This document shows, in pieces, positions 1-15,723 of a DNA stretch of 64,000 nucleotides. Source of the DNA: the human T2T-CHM13v2.0 reference genome, Homo sapiens; assembly GCF_009914755.1 (NCBI RefSeq), contig NC_060926.1, one strand, 5' to 3'. Both the position numbers and the translations under genes were made by a program. The notes beneath the pieces are model-generated. The model saw only the letters and a program-made list of their open reading frames with translations, was not told where the DNA came from and ran no database searches. Every line of letters begins with the position of its first letter. Within the stretch, counting starts at the first letter, position 1.

Positions 1-369
1 ATTCATGTTCCTGTCTCCTAAACTTGAGATCCTGGGAGTCTAGGGAAACGCTGGGCTGCAAATGGCAGCTTCTCCACATCCTCATCCAACAGTCTCCCAT
101 GCCCATATGATGAGGTTCTGGCAGAGTTTCCTGGTTTGACAGACATTCCTCCTGAAACTGAATTCTTTATTAAACACCATCCTGCCTGGCTGGGGCTATG
201 ATACCTCTCAGCCCTCGGAGGCAGTGTGTTAAAGGGCAGTTGGGGAGTGCCAACTTCATCATTTTTGCATATCTGTATACCACTTGTACATACTGTTATT
301 TACTTATATTTGTCTTTAAATGGACTCACTTTTGAAATTAAATACCTTAATTTTTTAAAGAAAATGTCA

Positions 370-535
370 AGTTTTATAGTTAATAAGTTTTGTATCTAGG
401 TCTGTGATTCATGTTAATTTTCTAAATGGTGAGAAGTAAGGATTCAATTTTGTTTTTGCATACTGATATCCAATTATTCCTGCACTATTTATCAAAAAGA
501 CTATCTTTTCTTCACTGAATTGTCTTTGCACCTTC
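370..535 (-). mobile_element. Old L1 (L1M) ORF2 fragment
   Basis: Resembles antisense L1 ORF2 3' region (ttttgcatactgatatccaattattcctgcactatttatcaaaaagactatc...gaattgtctttgcacctt). Confidence 0.65.
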
Positions 536-1474
536 TTCCCTCTCTTTGGGAGTTAAATTGGAATTTTTGTTCTTCTTAATTGTTAGCTAGGGAGCCAAAA
601 TATGAGCTGCCATCCACCTGTCTTCAACCAGGACTCCTTCCAGGAGTACCTCCTGCTGCCCACCCATTAGTTTGAAATCTAAGTTTGCTAATACCTTTGA
701 ACATTGTAATTTAGTCTCTTATTGGCTTCTCTTTGGCCACTCTGCTTACTAATAAAAATCCTCCCTTTTCTTGAGAGTTTATAAGTACTCTGGCACTATC
801 TCTGCCAATTCCTCACATTCTCTCCTTTTCTACCAACTTGCCTGTGATGTCCCAAAAGTTAAAACTTACAAAATAAGTTTGAAATTTTATAAGGGGTGGA
901 ATAGGGTAGCAAAAGGTTTGAATTTTTGTGGAGGAGAAAGCAACGTCATTAATTATTGGCATGTCACAAATGAGATTCACTATTTAAGGGCTCCTGTGGC
1001 CAATATGTTATTTCCGCCATAAGATTCCTGTTTTGGAGTAGCCATGTATATACTGTCACACATATATGTACATATACAGACATAAACACACAAACATACA
1101 CAGATACCTGGAAATATTTTGTGCTTAACGATGACTTTCCTTCTAGTTAATTTACAGATGTATTTTGTAGACCTGCTATAGGGGGCAAAATTTTAAGTTA
1201 TAGGATCTTAGAGACACTAAGGGATCATCTGGGTTGGATAGGTTGTCAACTCTGATAAATTGGTGGGGATGGCTTGGAGCATTGTATTGAAAAGGATTGC
1301 TAGGCTGAGTTTAGCTCAGCAGGGAAGACAGCTGTCATTGATTAGTCATAGACTCCCATTGCTGGGGGTGGTGGCATGTATATGGTGTATGACTAACTCT
1401 AAGACTAGGCCACTCTTTTCCAATGCCATAATCTCTTCTACACTTTTCTTGACAGCTGAATTCTACTCATTGTA

Positions 1475-3070
1475 GGAATTCTTTCAGTAATTGTGAGCTT
1501 ACTATTTTTCAGGAATGCTCATTGCTACGTTGAACAGCTCTTCTACATGTTCAAGTCTAAAATCTATCTCACAGCAACGTCTAATCATGTCTCCTAATTC
1601 TACCGTTTAGAGCCATACAAACCCATTTTATACCTATTCTACATCACAGCTCTTCAAATATCAGAAGACAGCCATTTTGTAACCTCTTCTAGATAAAAAC
1701 CACCATTTCTTTCAATTATTTCTCAGATATTGTGGTTCCTGGGTCTTACATCATCCTGGATGTTATTTAATTTTTCCTTGCTCCCTTTCAGGTGTGCTAC
1801 CCAAAAGGGGGCAGAGAATTTCAGATAGGATCTGACCAAGTAAAATTAATTGGGACTCTTTACTATTGGCTTCCATGTACTAATATTAATAAGCTTCAGT
1901 CTGCACCTGAAACATGTTACTTTGTTATTTCATATTGAGCTTTTGATAAATTAAAAAATTCTTTCTATATGAACTATTTGATTCAGCTCTTCTCTTTCCT
2001 CAGTTTATGTTTGTATTTGTACCTTTTGAACTGTATCTTAATAATGATTGCCCTTTCTTGAGTACCTATGAGTACCTATGTATTTTCTTTAATATCTATG
2101 AAGTAAATATTCTATTCTCATTTTGCAGTTGTGACAACTGAGATTCAGAGATGTCCAATCTACTCACATAAATAGTAAGTTGCAGAGCCTGGAATCAAAC
2201 CCAGTTCCTTCTGGCTCTAAAGTCTATTCTCTTTTGGCTACTGATATGGTGTAGGATCTGTGTCTCCACCCAGATCTCATGTTGAATTGTAATCCCTAAT
2301 GTTGGACGTGGAGCCTCGTGGGAGGTGGTTGGATCATGGAGGTGGATTTCTCATGAATGGTTTAGCACCATCTCCTTCGTGCTATTCTCCTGATAGAGTT
2401 CTCATGAGGTCTGGGTGTTTAAAAGTGTGTAGCACCTCCCTCTCGCCTTCCTCTTGCTCTGGTTATGTAAGATGTTGGCTCCCCCTTTGCCTTCCACTAG
2501 GATTGTAAACTTTCCAAGGCCTCCTCAGGAGCAGATGCCACTATGGACAGCTTGCGGAACCATGAGCCAATTAAACCTCCTTTCTTATAAATTACCCAGT
2601 CTCAGGTATTTCTTTACAGCAATGCAAGAATGGACTAATATAGCAACCAGATACTCAATTTAGCAATTCTGAATACTGAGTCCATTATAGAAAAAAAAGA
2701 AAAGGTTGGGGGACATAGGTCATCCTTTTGTCAATATGTTCGTTGTTTTTGGGATTGTGATGAAGTCAAGCATTTTGTTTTTTAAAAATAAATAAAAAGG
2801 AAATACAGTTTGGCTTGACTAGTTCTGGTGAACTCTTACTGGTTCTTAGGAGTCACCTTTCTAAAGTGCTCACTAGCTGCTTGCTTAACTATTCAATCTA
2901 GAACTTTGCTGGGGATTGATGGCAAATGTGTCTGTCTATAATTGCTAGAATCCAAGTTTATGGGGATATTTGTTTATGTCCTTTGTCTGATCCTCGTCCT
3001 ATTTCCCATAAGATCCCGTGGGCTGCTCGCAGTGGTTCTACCCTCATATCTGCATGTTTGTTCAGTTCTC
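1475..3070 (-). mobile_element. CR1/L3 LINE relics (about 1475-1990 and 2720-3070), interrupted by MIR and MST
   Basis: Degenerate similarity to recalled L3 consensus (ttctacatcacagctcttcaaatatcagaagacagcc; tctagaactttgctggggattgat). Confidence 0.5.
2242..2642 (+). mobile_element. MST-family (MSTA/MSTB) MaLR solo LTR
   Basis: Starts tgatatggt...cccagatctcatgttgaattgtaatccc; ends ttacccagtctcaggtatttctttacagcaatgcaagaatggactaata. Confidence 0.9.
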
Positions 3071-3879
3071 CATTATGGAAGTGGGGTGGGGGAGGGGTTT
3101 GCCTTCATTTAAGGTAAGCTAAATGCTTTCACAATATATTCCTGTTTATTCTTTGGTTTCCTCCCAATGTTATTTCTTCCATTTCCAATTTGTAGGTAAA
3201 AAGCATTAAGCCTCTCTCTTAATGGAGGGATTAATGGAATAGAGGCACTCAATAAAGCTCCAGTAATTTCTGTTAAGTGGATTCTAAAGTAAACACTTTT
3301 ATGGCCCCAACAACAACAAAAGACAGTGAATCCACTTACTCAAAAGCCCACCTAGTATTATATATAAGTCAGTGAAATGCATTTGGGAACTATCTACTCT
3401 TTCAGATGATCTGTGCTGGGAAATCTCTCCATTAATAAAAATAATAGCCAAACTTGAGTGCTAATAAATAGGGTTAATACTTAGTGTCTCAACTAGACCT
3501 AAGAGTATATCCATTTTAAAAGTTTTGTTTTTTTTTTTTAAGTTTCTAGCCCATGACAGACTGACGTATCTAAAAATCATAGATTAGGTAAAGAATGTGT
3601 GCAAATTAAAATCCATGCACAGAAACCTATGTGAGAAGAAGGAGCGTTGTCATCGCAGACGTTTAACTGGGTAAGAGTTATGAAGTAAGCACTTAAAATC
3701 CAGCTAAAAGCCTACTCTCGGTTGTTTTCATGCTCCCCAGTGCTAGAAAGAGAGCCTGTCTGCGAAACACCAGTAATTGCACGTTGTCTGTGTGAAAGGA
3801 CATTGAAAGACTCGATAAATTACAAGGAGGGAGGGAGCTAGCTCTCATTGCAAACTTGACCTAGCCTAGATTAGCAACC

Positions 3880-4280
3880 CGGGATTTGACTTTCCATGTG
3901 ACCCTTCCTCTTTGTAGTCTTCAAAAGCAAGCCCGTACAAAGCCCGGCTCCTTCCTTCCTTCTAACTCCCTATCAGGAAGCTCCTTCGCCCCTCAAATCC
4001 CTTCAGGGGCTTTGAAATCCTGGGCTCCCGAGCCCAAGCTGGGCATGAATATTCATCGGGGGCGTGGCCCCGCCAGCGCGCAGGGCTCCAAGCAGCTGCG
4101 ACTAGCGGAAAGCGCGCGCCAGCTGCACGCAGGGAAACAGTTCTCATTTTGTGTGCTCGGCTGACTGCACGTCCAGCCTCGGGCCAGCTCGAGACGGCCA
4201 CATTGTGAGTCTGTGGGAGGGATTCTACCGAGACGAATGGACTTTTCTGAGGCAGGGCCCAGGAGCTGTAATTCGAGGGG
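3880..4280 (+). promoter_or_regulatory. Small CpG-rich promoter-like region with candidate non-coding first exon ending at 4204 (donor GTGAGT 4205-4210)
   Basis: Roughly 25 CpGs in 400 bp in otherwise CpG-poor DNA; GC boxes ggggcgtggc and ccccgcc at 4058-4074; gcggaaagcgcgcgcc; ATT|GTGAGT donor. Confidence 0.6.
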
Positions 4281-4768
4281 CCTCAGATCTCCCTGCCACC
4301 CACCTGCCAGGGCAAGTGAAATTCCACTGAGAAAAAATCAGGCGTATCTATTCTCTTCCAGGAGTTTGTCTCCCTTTTAAGAAACAAATGTCCCTTGTGT
4401 GAATGATTGGAGGCTTTTTATCCTCTGGTGGCGCCTCCTTCTTTGCAATTATCTACAATGGAGACTGTTTCTTCTCCCTTCTTAGTGATTACAACTGCTA
4501 CTTGCATTCTTTTTTTACTTTCAAGATCATGAAGGCATGTTGTCTCTATCTTTCCTCTCCTTCATCCTTTACTTAGTAGTACCGATAGCACTTTTAACTT
4601 ACGTCTAGTTAAAAGCCAGACATCCTGGATTCAGATTCTAGCTTGACCACTTATAAGCGCCATGAATGTGGCAAGTTAGCCTTTTTTGCATCTGTTTCTT
4701 TATCTGCATAAAGCAATAACAATACCACCTACCTCATGGTTTTTTTCCTGAGAATAAATAATTATATA

Positions 4769-5093
4769 CAGTCATGCATTGCTTAAGATCAGAGAAATGT
4801 GTCACTGGGCGATCATGAGTTTGTGTGAACATCATAGTGTGTACTTACACAGACTCAGATGGTGTAGCCTTCTACACACCTTGGATATATGGTATAGCCT
4901 ATTCCTGCTAGGCTACAAACTCGTGCAGCATGTTATGGTACTGAATACTGCAGGCAATTGTAGCACACTGGTAAGTATTTATGTATCTAAACACATCTAA
5001 ACATAGAAAAAGTACACAGTAAAAATACAGTATTATACTCTTATGGGACCACAATAGTATATTGACTGAAATATTGTTATACAGCACATGACC
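4769..5093. mobile_element. Tigger3a/MER7A DNA transposon inserted in a MIR (about 4610-4765 and 5095-5165)
   Basis: cagtcatgc...gcacatgac termini and internal ggtatagcctattcctgctaggctacaaac typical of MER7A. Confidence 0.8.
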
Positions 5094-5329
5094 TTATAAA
5101 ACATGTTTGAATAGCGCTTGGCATATAGTAACCATTTAGTACATACTAGTTATTAATGTTATTATTTTGATTGGATAGGCCTGGTTGAAGATGGCTGAGC
5201 GTAAAACAGAATGCAAGTCAGCTGGAGCACGTACTACTGGAGGCAGAGCCCCATGAGAAGGGGCCAAGAACCCGCACCCATCAAAATCAAGAAGAAAGGC
5301 TGAACCCGGAGAGAAAAGGGAGGTGAGCC

Positions 5330-5441
5330 TGCGGAGGGAGATGGGATGCAGCGGAGGGAATTGGGGTGCAGCGGAGGGAATTGGGGTGCAGCGGAGGGAA
5401 TTGGGGTGCAGCGGAGGGAATTGGGATGCAGCTGAGAGGGG
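5330..5441 (+). repeat. 20-bp G-rich minisatellite (tgcagcggagggaattgggg), about 5 units
   Basis: Directly visible tandem units; central copies identical, end copies degenerate. Confidence 0.95.
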
Positions 5442-7322
5442 AGCGCCAGTGGGGAGGTTTTGGGAGCCAAGCCATTAGAGGAAGGATCACACAATGTCCA
5501 GAGGTAATGAACACAGAACTTTTTAGTTTGTTTTTAGGTCAGAGTCTCATATCCTGGTCTGCACTCGATGGATTCTTAAAGCAATTGGAACCTCAGGCTG
5601 GTCCTGGAGCAAGAGCTGGTCCTTTACTTGGGGCTCTCAGGTTGAGAAGTTTGAGCTCTAGGATTCTCCACTGACCACCTCTCCCTGTCTTTGCTCACTT
5701 CCCATCTTTAAACTCCCATTGAACTGGCATGCTATTCTTAGCATGGCACTCAGGCTCTTGACTCCACCCAGTCCTTCTAGTTATATTGGCCATGGTACCT
5801 ACGTTCTTGTGTCTCCTAGCACTGTCTACCTACCCTCTCTCCACAACACATATTACACCCCCAATCCAACCCATAATTCCCATTGGTTTCCAGGTATGCC
5901 AGTCTTCTTACGGTTTCCTAAACATGTCATAGTAGGGAAAATGCTACATGTTCACTACCTCATTTCACCTTCCTAGGCAGATGAGAAGACATCTCCCAGT
6001 TTCTTTTTGCAGCTAGGTTGGGACACTGACCAAATTTTTGACAACAAAAAAGTGAGTGGAGGGATATGGCATTCTGGTTCAGGAAGACTAAGAGGGGGTC
6101 TGAGTTCTTCATGCTTATTCTCTTTTGTCCATATGCTAGGATGTGCAAAACTCTAACTCAGTGGGTTGTAAAATGGAAGCAGGCTGGGTCCTGAATTTCT
6201 GTTGCAGGAAAGCTGACCAATTGGCATAAGACATATATATATATTTTTTTAATGAGCAAAAGCCACTGAGATTATGGGGTTTTATTTGTTACCTCAGCCT
6301 GTCCTATTCTATCCTAACAGCACACATACCATGCTTTTTCTTATTTTGGCATCTCTATAGTTACATTATGTCACTTGGAATGCCTCCCTGCATTCCTACC
6401 CTGCAGCAAATTGCTACTATCCTTGGATTCTCCTCTGTGATCTTATAGCACCATGCTCAGGTTTCTGGCCTGAGTGATTAGATGAATCTTGGCACCAGTA
6501 AGGAAAAAGAAAGGGAGGAAGAGGTGTACATTTGGCAGAGAGAAAGAACTCTGTATGTGCACTATGTGTTTGAGAATGGGACATCCAGGGATATATGGAT
6601 CTGAAGCTCAAGAGAGAGGTCTGAGCTAGAGATAGGTAGAGGGTTGAGAGTCATGAGCATAGGGGAAGAAGTGGGCAAGATTACCCAGCGAAAGTATGTA
6701 AATTAAGATAAGAGAGTGGAAGATGGAAAGGTGAATCTTAGTGGAACACCATCCTTTAAAGGAAGGCAGAAGAAGCAGAGCCCTTATAAATTTCACAGAG
6801 TCCCCCTAAGGACATTCAGAATTGAGCGTGAAACCTGGGAAAGCAGAACTAGTTTATTGATCAACATTTACAAATGTGAAACTTAATTTTGAGGAAAACA
6901 GGGTATACTGCAATTGAAGCTGTTGAGTAGACCCAAAAATGCCTTTGAAGGTGGAATTGCTCACCTTTGTTACTGAGAAAACTCCCGGGCAAAAGTTTAG
7001 TTTTGATCATGTTAAAGGTAAATTAAAAGCTGACCTTGGCTTTTATATTCCTGGCTTTCCTCAACCTGAAGTCTTCTGACTTCTCTGAACCTAAAGGAAT
7101 GAGAAAGTTGCAAGGATTTGTAACCGGCTATTGGAATTAATTGTGCTCACTAGCCTATATTTTGTTTTGCTTTTTTCTCCATGTGTTTGCTTTTTGGATG
7201 TAATTCTTAAATTGTCTAAATGGTCACCTTTTGTTGTTGTTATTCTTTAAATGGTACCTGGACAGCTATGATGGGTCAAGAGAGAGAATTGCTTTATACT
7301 ACAAGGCTATCAGAAGATCACT

Positions 7323-7383
7323 GAGGTTGTAGTGAGCCGATATCGCTCCACTGCACTCCAGCCTGGGCGACAGTGAGACTGTC
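7323..7383 (+). mobile_element. About 60-bp Alu right-arm fragment lacking poly(A) and TSD
   Basis: gaggttgtagtgagccgatatcgctccactgcactccagcctgggcgacagtgagactgtc joined directly to L2. Confidence 0.85.
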
Positions 7384-7697
7384 GTGAGGAAGGGAATGTG
7401 ATAATCCAAGAGAGAGATGACAATGGATTGGAACACAGTGGCAGCAGTGGAGGTAGTGAGAAGTGGTTGGATGCAGGATATATTTTGAAGAGGAAGCCAA
7501 TAAGATTCGGATGTGAGAAAAGAAAAAAAAGTAAGAGGAGTCCAGAAGGACTCTAAAGGTTTTGAATAGAGTCACCATCGACTGAGAGAGTGCAGACTGG
7601 GAGTGGAGCTGGCTTCAAAGGGAAGAACAGAAGTCCAAGTTTGGACTTGTTAAGTTTGATACATGAAGCAGGCATCTGGATAAAGGTCTGGAGTTCA

Positions 7698-8012
<315 letters not shown>

Positions 8013-8371
8013 TCAGGAGAGAAGTCTGAGCTGGAGGTGCACATTTGGCAGCTTCTGGTGATATTTAATGATTTAATGCTATGAAACCAGGTGAGATCAC
8101 CAAGAGGGTGAATAAGGAAGAAAAGGTGCCCGAGGGCTGAGCCCTGGGGCCCTCCAAGATTATGAGGTCAGAGAGAAAAGGCTGGACCAGGGAAGCAGTC
8201 TAAGAAGGAATGCCTAGTGAATAGGAGGAAAATGAAGAAAGGGTTTGTGCTGGAAGCCAAGTAAAGAAACAAATTCAGAGGAAAGGGAGTCATCACTGTG
8301 TCGGATGCTACTGACACACACCTCAGATGTGACCTGAGAACTGAGAAATGGACTTAGAAAAGCGTAGGTCA

Positions 8372-8720
<349 letters not shown>

Positions 8721-9469
8721 TTATAACACTAATATTATTCAACATCTACAGTCTCAGAGATTCTAGGTCCAGATCGTTGGACTGTCTCTCATTCAGAAGT
8801 ATAACTCCTTTGAAATAAGGTCCTTGTGAAAAAGGGATGGTTTCTCTTTGATATGGAGATACGGATGTTGTCAACTATTACAGTCTCATATAAAATGCCA
8901 ATGCACTGTGCTGGTTTAATGTAGTTTTTAGTTGGAAAGTGAGAATCCCCAAATGCATTTTTGGTAGCCAGCTCTGTTGCAAATGATGCCACTGGATGTA
9001 GCATTAAGTAACTTAACTCTTAAACTTTGGGCATATTCAAGTGCATAGTACATCTGCCCTCAATCTTGGGAGTCTGTCGTAAAATGCAGTCACAGGGTAT
9101 ATGATATACCACTCTCCAGTATGTGGTGTATTTGCTGAATATTATGTATCAGAAGCTCAGAGAGAGAAAGAAAGAGAGAGAGAGCAGACAATTTAGAAAG
9201 CCCAGCCTGCTCTGCGTCAAGGGCACTGCTCCAGAGTTAAATCTGCTTGTGAGCTACCAAACAGCATTTTTCTCATACTGAAAAAAACTATCCTTGTAAT
9301 CTGCAGTTTGAATGACCTGTTCCTGTGTTTATTCATTACTTTAGATCATCAAGTCAGTGGAAACTTTACACGACCTCTGACTGATGCTCTGCTGTTCCTA
9401 GTGGAATCATTGTCATAACTAGCATTTTGTTTGTGGCTTTGTACCTGAGTGCCCATTTTGGACCACTCA

Positions 9470-9665
9470 TGATGTTAGGGGCTTATATCACATCTTTACT
9501 TTGCACATCAACTCTATGAGACAATCATTATCATTTTCATTTTAGAGGCGAGGAAACTGAGTCTTGAAGAGGTTAAGTTGCTTCAGGTCATGGCTGGTGA
9601 GTAATAGAGCTAGATTCAAAGCCAGGACTGCCTGCTTCCAGAGCTCATGCCCTTCCTTGTGCCAC
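9470..9665 (-). mobile_element. MIR
   Basis: MIR core cattttagaggcgaggaaactgagtcttgaagaggttaagt. Confidence 0.75.
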
Positions 9666-10185
9666 CTTAGAGTTCTTCCTATACAACTTCTCACTTGAAC
9701 TTGGAGGCTTCTATTTCTTGAGCCACCCTGTGAGAGAGTTTGATGAGTTCATTTTAAATGTTCTCATTTGTGATTCGAGAGAACTGAAAATTCTCTGAAT
9801 TTAGACTTCAAATTCCATTTATCTTAGCATTCCTGCCTCCTCAGCTCCTGGCCTCGTCGTTGGTGGGCCAGTTCATTGGTGGCTGGTGGATGCTTGTGCC
9901 TCGACTCCTGTCTTGGCTGTGCTTCTAACATAGAGGGTAACCTGAGGAGGTCACTCAACCAGTTCATGTCTCTCGTTCTCCAAATATAGTATTAAGAGGG
10001 CTTGCCTGGACTAGCCAATTAGGCACTGTACTGCATGTTGGAACTATGAAGCCTATTAATTCAGTCAATTAACATTTACTGAGTGCCTGCAGTGTGCAGA
10101 ACCCTGGGGCAAGTGGAGGCATGGTATTCCTGACCTGTGGATGTACTATTCTATATATTTTGTTTATTTTTGCACCTCTGTGTGA

Positions 10186-10540
<355 letters not shown>

Positions 10541-11838
10541 ACATGTTTCTTTAATTTCTCTCTGTGCCAGGATTCACTCCTGAGTACTTTATTATCCTGG
10601 CCCACTCTGCTTTGCTTGCAGTGAAACAGCATGGTTTCCTCTTGGCCTTCAGGAAATCCTGTTATAATCCAACCAGTTTTGAAAATGACCTCTTTCTGCT
10701 CTACTGAGCTGGTAATGTTTCACTGGGTTAGAGTAGGCCAAGGTCATGTACAGTTCTATACTATTAGCTTAGAGGAGCATACTTTTAAATTTTGATTTCA
10801 AACATGTAACCTGACTTAACAGTGGGTCTTCCCACAGTGGGACCATGATAGTGGCAATAGAACTTTCACGTGTTTGGGGCTCTCAGCCAATGCATCCATG
10901 AGCCTGAGATAGAGCATTCCTGTGATTCCCAGGTCTGCTCTTCCTTGGTCCTCTGTGCCAACCCATGAAAAAACTGCATGCTATGACCAAATTCAGGATC
11001 AAGTTTATCCTGTCTAGAGCCAGCTCTCCAAAGGTGAAATTTTACCTTATTCCTTTGAATCTATTTTCTTGTATTTTTATTTTGGGATCTTTTAGTAACA
11101 AGGCAGCTTCCCGAGATTCTGTTGTGAGCAGTTCTGGAGTCGATGGGTATTTTTACATAGGTGTACATTTGCTTCTATTTGTGTGTGTGTTTGTGACCTA
11201 CCAGAGGAAAGAGCCTCCATTTGCCTGGAAGCCTGGGATGATTTAATCTCTACTATTTGGGTTGCATTAATTAAATGGGGTGGATGTTTCAAATACTTAG
11301 CTATCTTAGAGATACAAAGGGAAGGTCTTTGAAGAATCTGTACCGTAGTGAAAGATACGTAAATAGTGTGTGCTGAGAAGAACGAACAGCCCTGTGGGCC
11401 AGGAACAAAACTACTGAAAAGAATTGGTGAAGGATTCATCAGCTTTCTAGGAAAAGGGCAGCATGGGTCTTTATTCTTCACTTTGTCAAGTTTGAGTCAT
11501 GCCCATTTCATAAAGTATTTGGCCTGTGCTAAGTGTGGTTCAAAATGTGATATCCTTGTTTGATATCACAAGGTGACATGAAGCGGTGGATTAAAGGGAA
11601 GAAAACTACCATTTTAGAAAAACAACAGCAATTGAACACCTGAACGTACAAAAAAAAATGAGATTACTATTCATCTCTGGAAACCAAGTTTCATCAGAAA
11701 TAAGAAAACGGAATACAATTTGAGACAAGTTCTTGGCTGTTGGGCTACTTTCAAGATTCCTTGACTATCAGAGCTCTATAGGGGATCCAAATGTAGCCTT
11801 AAGGGTTTTGTCTTGTCTGTTAAATTAATTCACCTGAC

Positions 11839-12812
<974 letters not shown>

Positions 12813-13677
12813 TGGGATCACTTTTTAAAAACAGCTTTTCATGGTGATGACTAACATGACAGAAAGTACGCTATCACAAACAATAATCCTAAACCAAGTT
12901 GTTGGATGAGGTTCATTAGCTTTACTTTTTTGACTGTGATTATCTGAGATGCAGTTGACTTTAAGAATGGCCACTACTGAAATTCATCCTGCACAGCAAG
13001 ATTTTCTTTAGGTTTCCTTTAGAAACATCATGGCTCCCTACCTTTTATTTCTAGCATTAACTTTGGAGGCGCTTTTACTCCTCTAGGAGTGCAGCCAAGC
13101 TGACCTTCTCAACCCTGAATCCTGTTATTTATGGAATCAGTGATTCTATTCATTATTAATTCACAGTAGGTCTGGCTTCACACTAATTTTAGAAGCTCTT
13201 TCCTCTTGTTACCAGGCAAAACAACAAATGGCCTGGTTTGCCTTTTAGGAGGTAAGAAACCAAAAGTACTCAGATATGACCTTTTAAGATTTGTGCTAAT
13301 CTCGAAGGCTTGAGATCTTTCTTGGAAACATAGTGAAGAGGTCCATGATTGTTTTCTAAGATTATCACTCAATTGAACATATATTAAAACTCCCTGGAAT
13401 CAGAAAAAAATACCATGACAAGTATCTTCAATATTGAGTCAAGAATGCTTTTTAGGGCCAAGGTGCTGCCATTTCCAGATGGCACCTTCAGAATTTCTTT
13501 CAATTTAGCATTACTAACATTTTGCTGCTTTGATTGAAGCAATGGTAAAGCAACTTGAAGAAATGGTAAAGCAATTCAATGTAAATAAATACAAATGCTG
13601 TTAAATGTTCATTTTTTGAAGTTGCTAGCTTTGTGCTCTTTGATTTAAAGGAAGGTTATGATCTCAAACCTGGATGA

Positions 13678-14028
<351 letters not shown>

Positions 14029-15194
14029 TGGTCCCTGTAATTTAACCCCTTTACTGTATTAAAGCAAATAATTAAGGATGTATGCAAAGATTTAGTTACA
14101 AGTTGATACTGGCAAAAATGGGAAGTAAACTAAATGTTCAACTTTAGGAGAATAGTTAAACAAATAACGGCACATGCATACAATAAAATTCTTCTAGCTA
14201 CTTGAAAAGATGTTGTAGAGGAATATTCAATGACATGATAAGATGACAAGATGTACCGACTAAAAGATGCAGTTTACAAAATAATATAGATAACATTAGT
14301 TTTTAACCCTTTTTGGGTCACATACCTCTTCGAGAATCTGAATAAAAATGCGCATTTACCTTGGGCTTCCTAGCTCCCCATCTTTACCCCCAGGAAAGTT
14401 GTGTGCTGTTACTTGATTCATGTAGATTCTTACTTGAGAATGGAATCAACACCTGAAGAATTAGCTGTACTGTATTATTTAACATTTTATTTATAACCTT
14501 TCAGCAATTTTCATAATCAGCATTATCCAGTCAGAGATGTCTTCCGAATCAGGTCCCAGGCTCTGACAGCCATGTTTTTTTTTAAGATAGATGATTTGTA
14601 GTACCTCTCCAAATTGTTTCACAATTTGGAATCTTCCGGTCCTTGCCTATTCACTATTGTAATTTTACAGCAGACTACGTCAGCAATAGCAATTAGAAGA
14701 CTTAGAAGCTCTATTCTAGCGCTGTTTCCAAAAGAAGTATCTAAAGGCTCTGTTTCTAAGGACTTTATTGTTCTGGTTTTTTTTTGGGTGTGCATGGCCA
14801 AGATAGTATTTAAATTTTGGCTATGAACCAACAGGAATCTCTATGGCTATCACTGGGATTGGGGTACAGGAAAGCCAAAACTCTTAAGAGGGATATTTCT
14901 CTTTTATAAAGTTATTCCATGATAGGTATGTGCTTCTTAAGCCTTCCTGATGAACCACATCTAATAAGTTCTCTAAATTTTCAAGTATAAAAATCTAATT
15001 TCCTTATCATTTAGCAAACCATATTTAAATTAAATGATAGCTTAAAAATTAAAATGTAGACAATTTTTTTTGTTTGAGAAAGAAAACCTTTTGTGAATCT
15101 TAAATAAATGTTTTTCCAGTTTCTAGTCATTAAATTTCTTAGGAATGATTTTCAACCAGGATGCTGTATTTCAATTAAAACAAACTGGGCTAAA

Positions 15195-15440
15195 TGCAGT
15201 TAGATATCCTGGAACAGAAAGAGGACATTAGCGGAAAAACTAGTGATATCCAAAGTCTGTGGTTTAGTTATTAGAAATGCACCAGTGTTAATTTCTTAGT
15301 TTTGACAAATGTACCAAGGTTAAGTAAGTTGTTAATATTAAGAGAAACTGAGTGAAGGATTTACAGGAATTCTCTGTACAAATTATTTTATAATTTTTCT
15401 ATAAATTTAAAATTATTCCAAAGTAAAACATTCATTAAAA
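15195..15440 (+). mobile_element. Old L1M 3' UTR fragment
   Basis: tcctggaacagaaagaggacattagcggaaaaactagtga...ttaatttcttagttttgacaaatgtacca. Confidence 0.7.
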
Positions 15441-15723
15441 TGTAAAGCAAATCGGGACATAGATTTCAGGCACCAGAATTGAACTAATTATTACAGTTGA
15501 TCATTAAGTTTAGTGCCAATCTTAGAAATTAAGATAATGAGGGGTGTGAATAGATTGTATGGTTCTTATAAGAAAAAATAATAGATTCATTACCTTCACT
15601 TGAAGTTATAAAATTTTCCAGGTTAAAATTTTAGAAGGAATTTACTGCATAGATGCTTATATAAGAAATCATGAGTAACTTAAACGGTGATATGTTCAAT
15701 TACTATTTAATTAAAAAACAAAT

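Noticed and set aside
4420-4437. CTCF-like cctctggtggcgcc near the promoter
   Set aside because: Only half of the CTCF core matches; cannot be supported without ChIP data
5330-5441. Regular repeats resembling a CRISPR array (also 29010-29340)
   Set aside because: Contiguous tandem units without unique spacers, no cas genes, eukaryotic context
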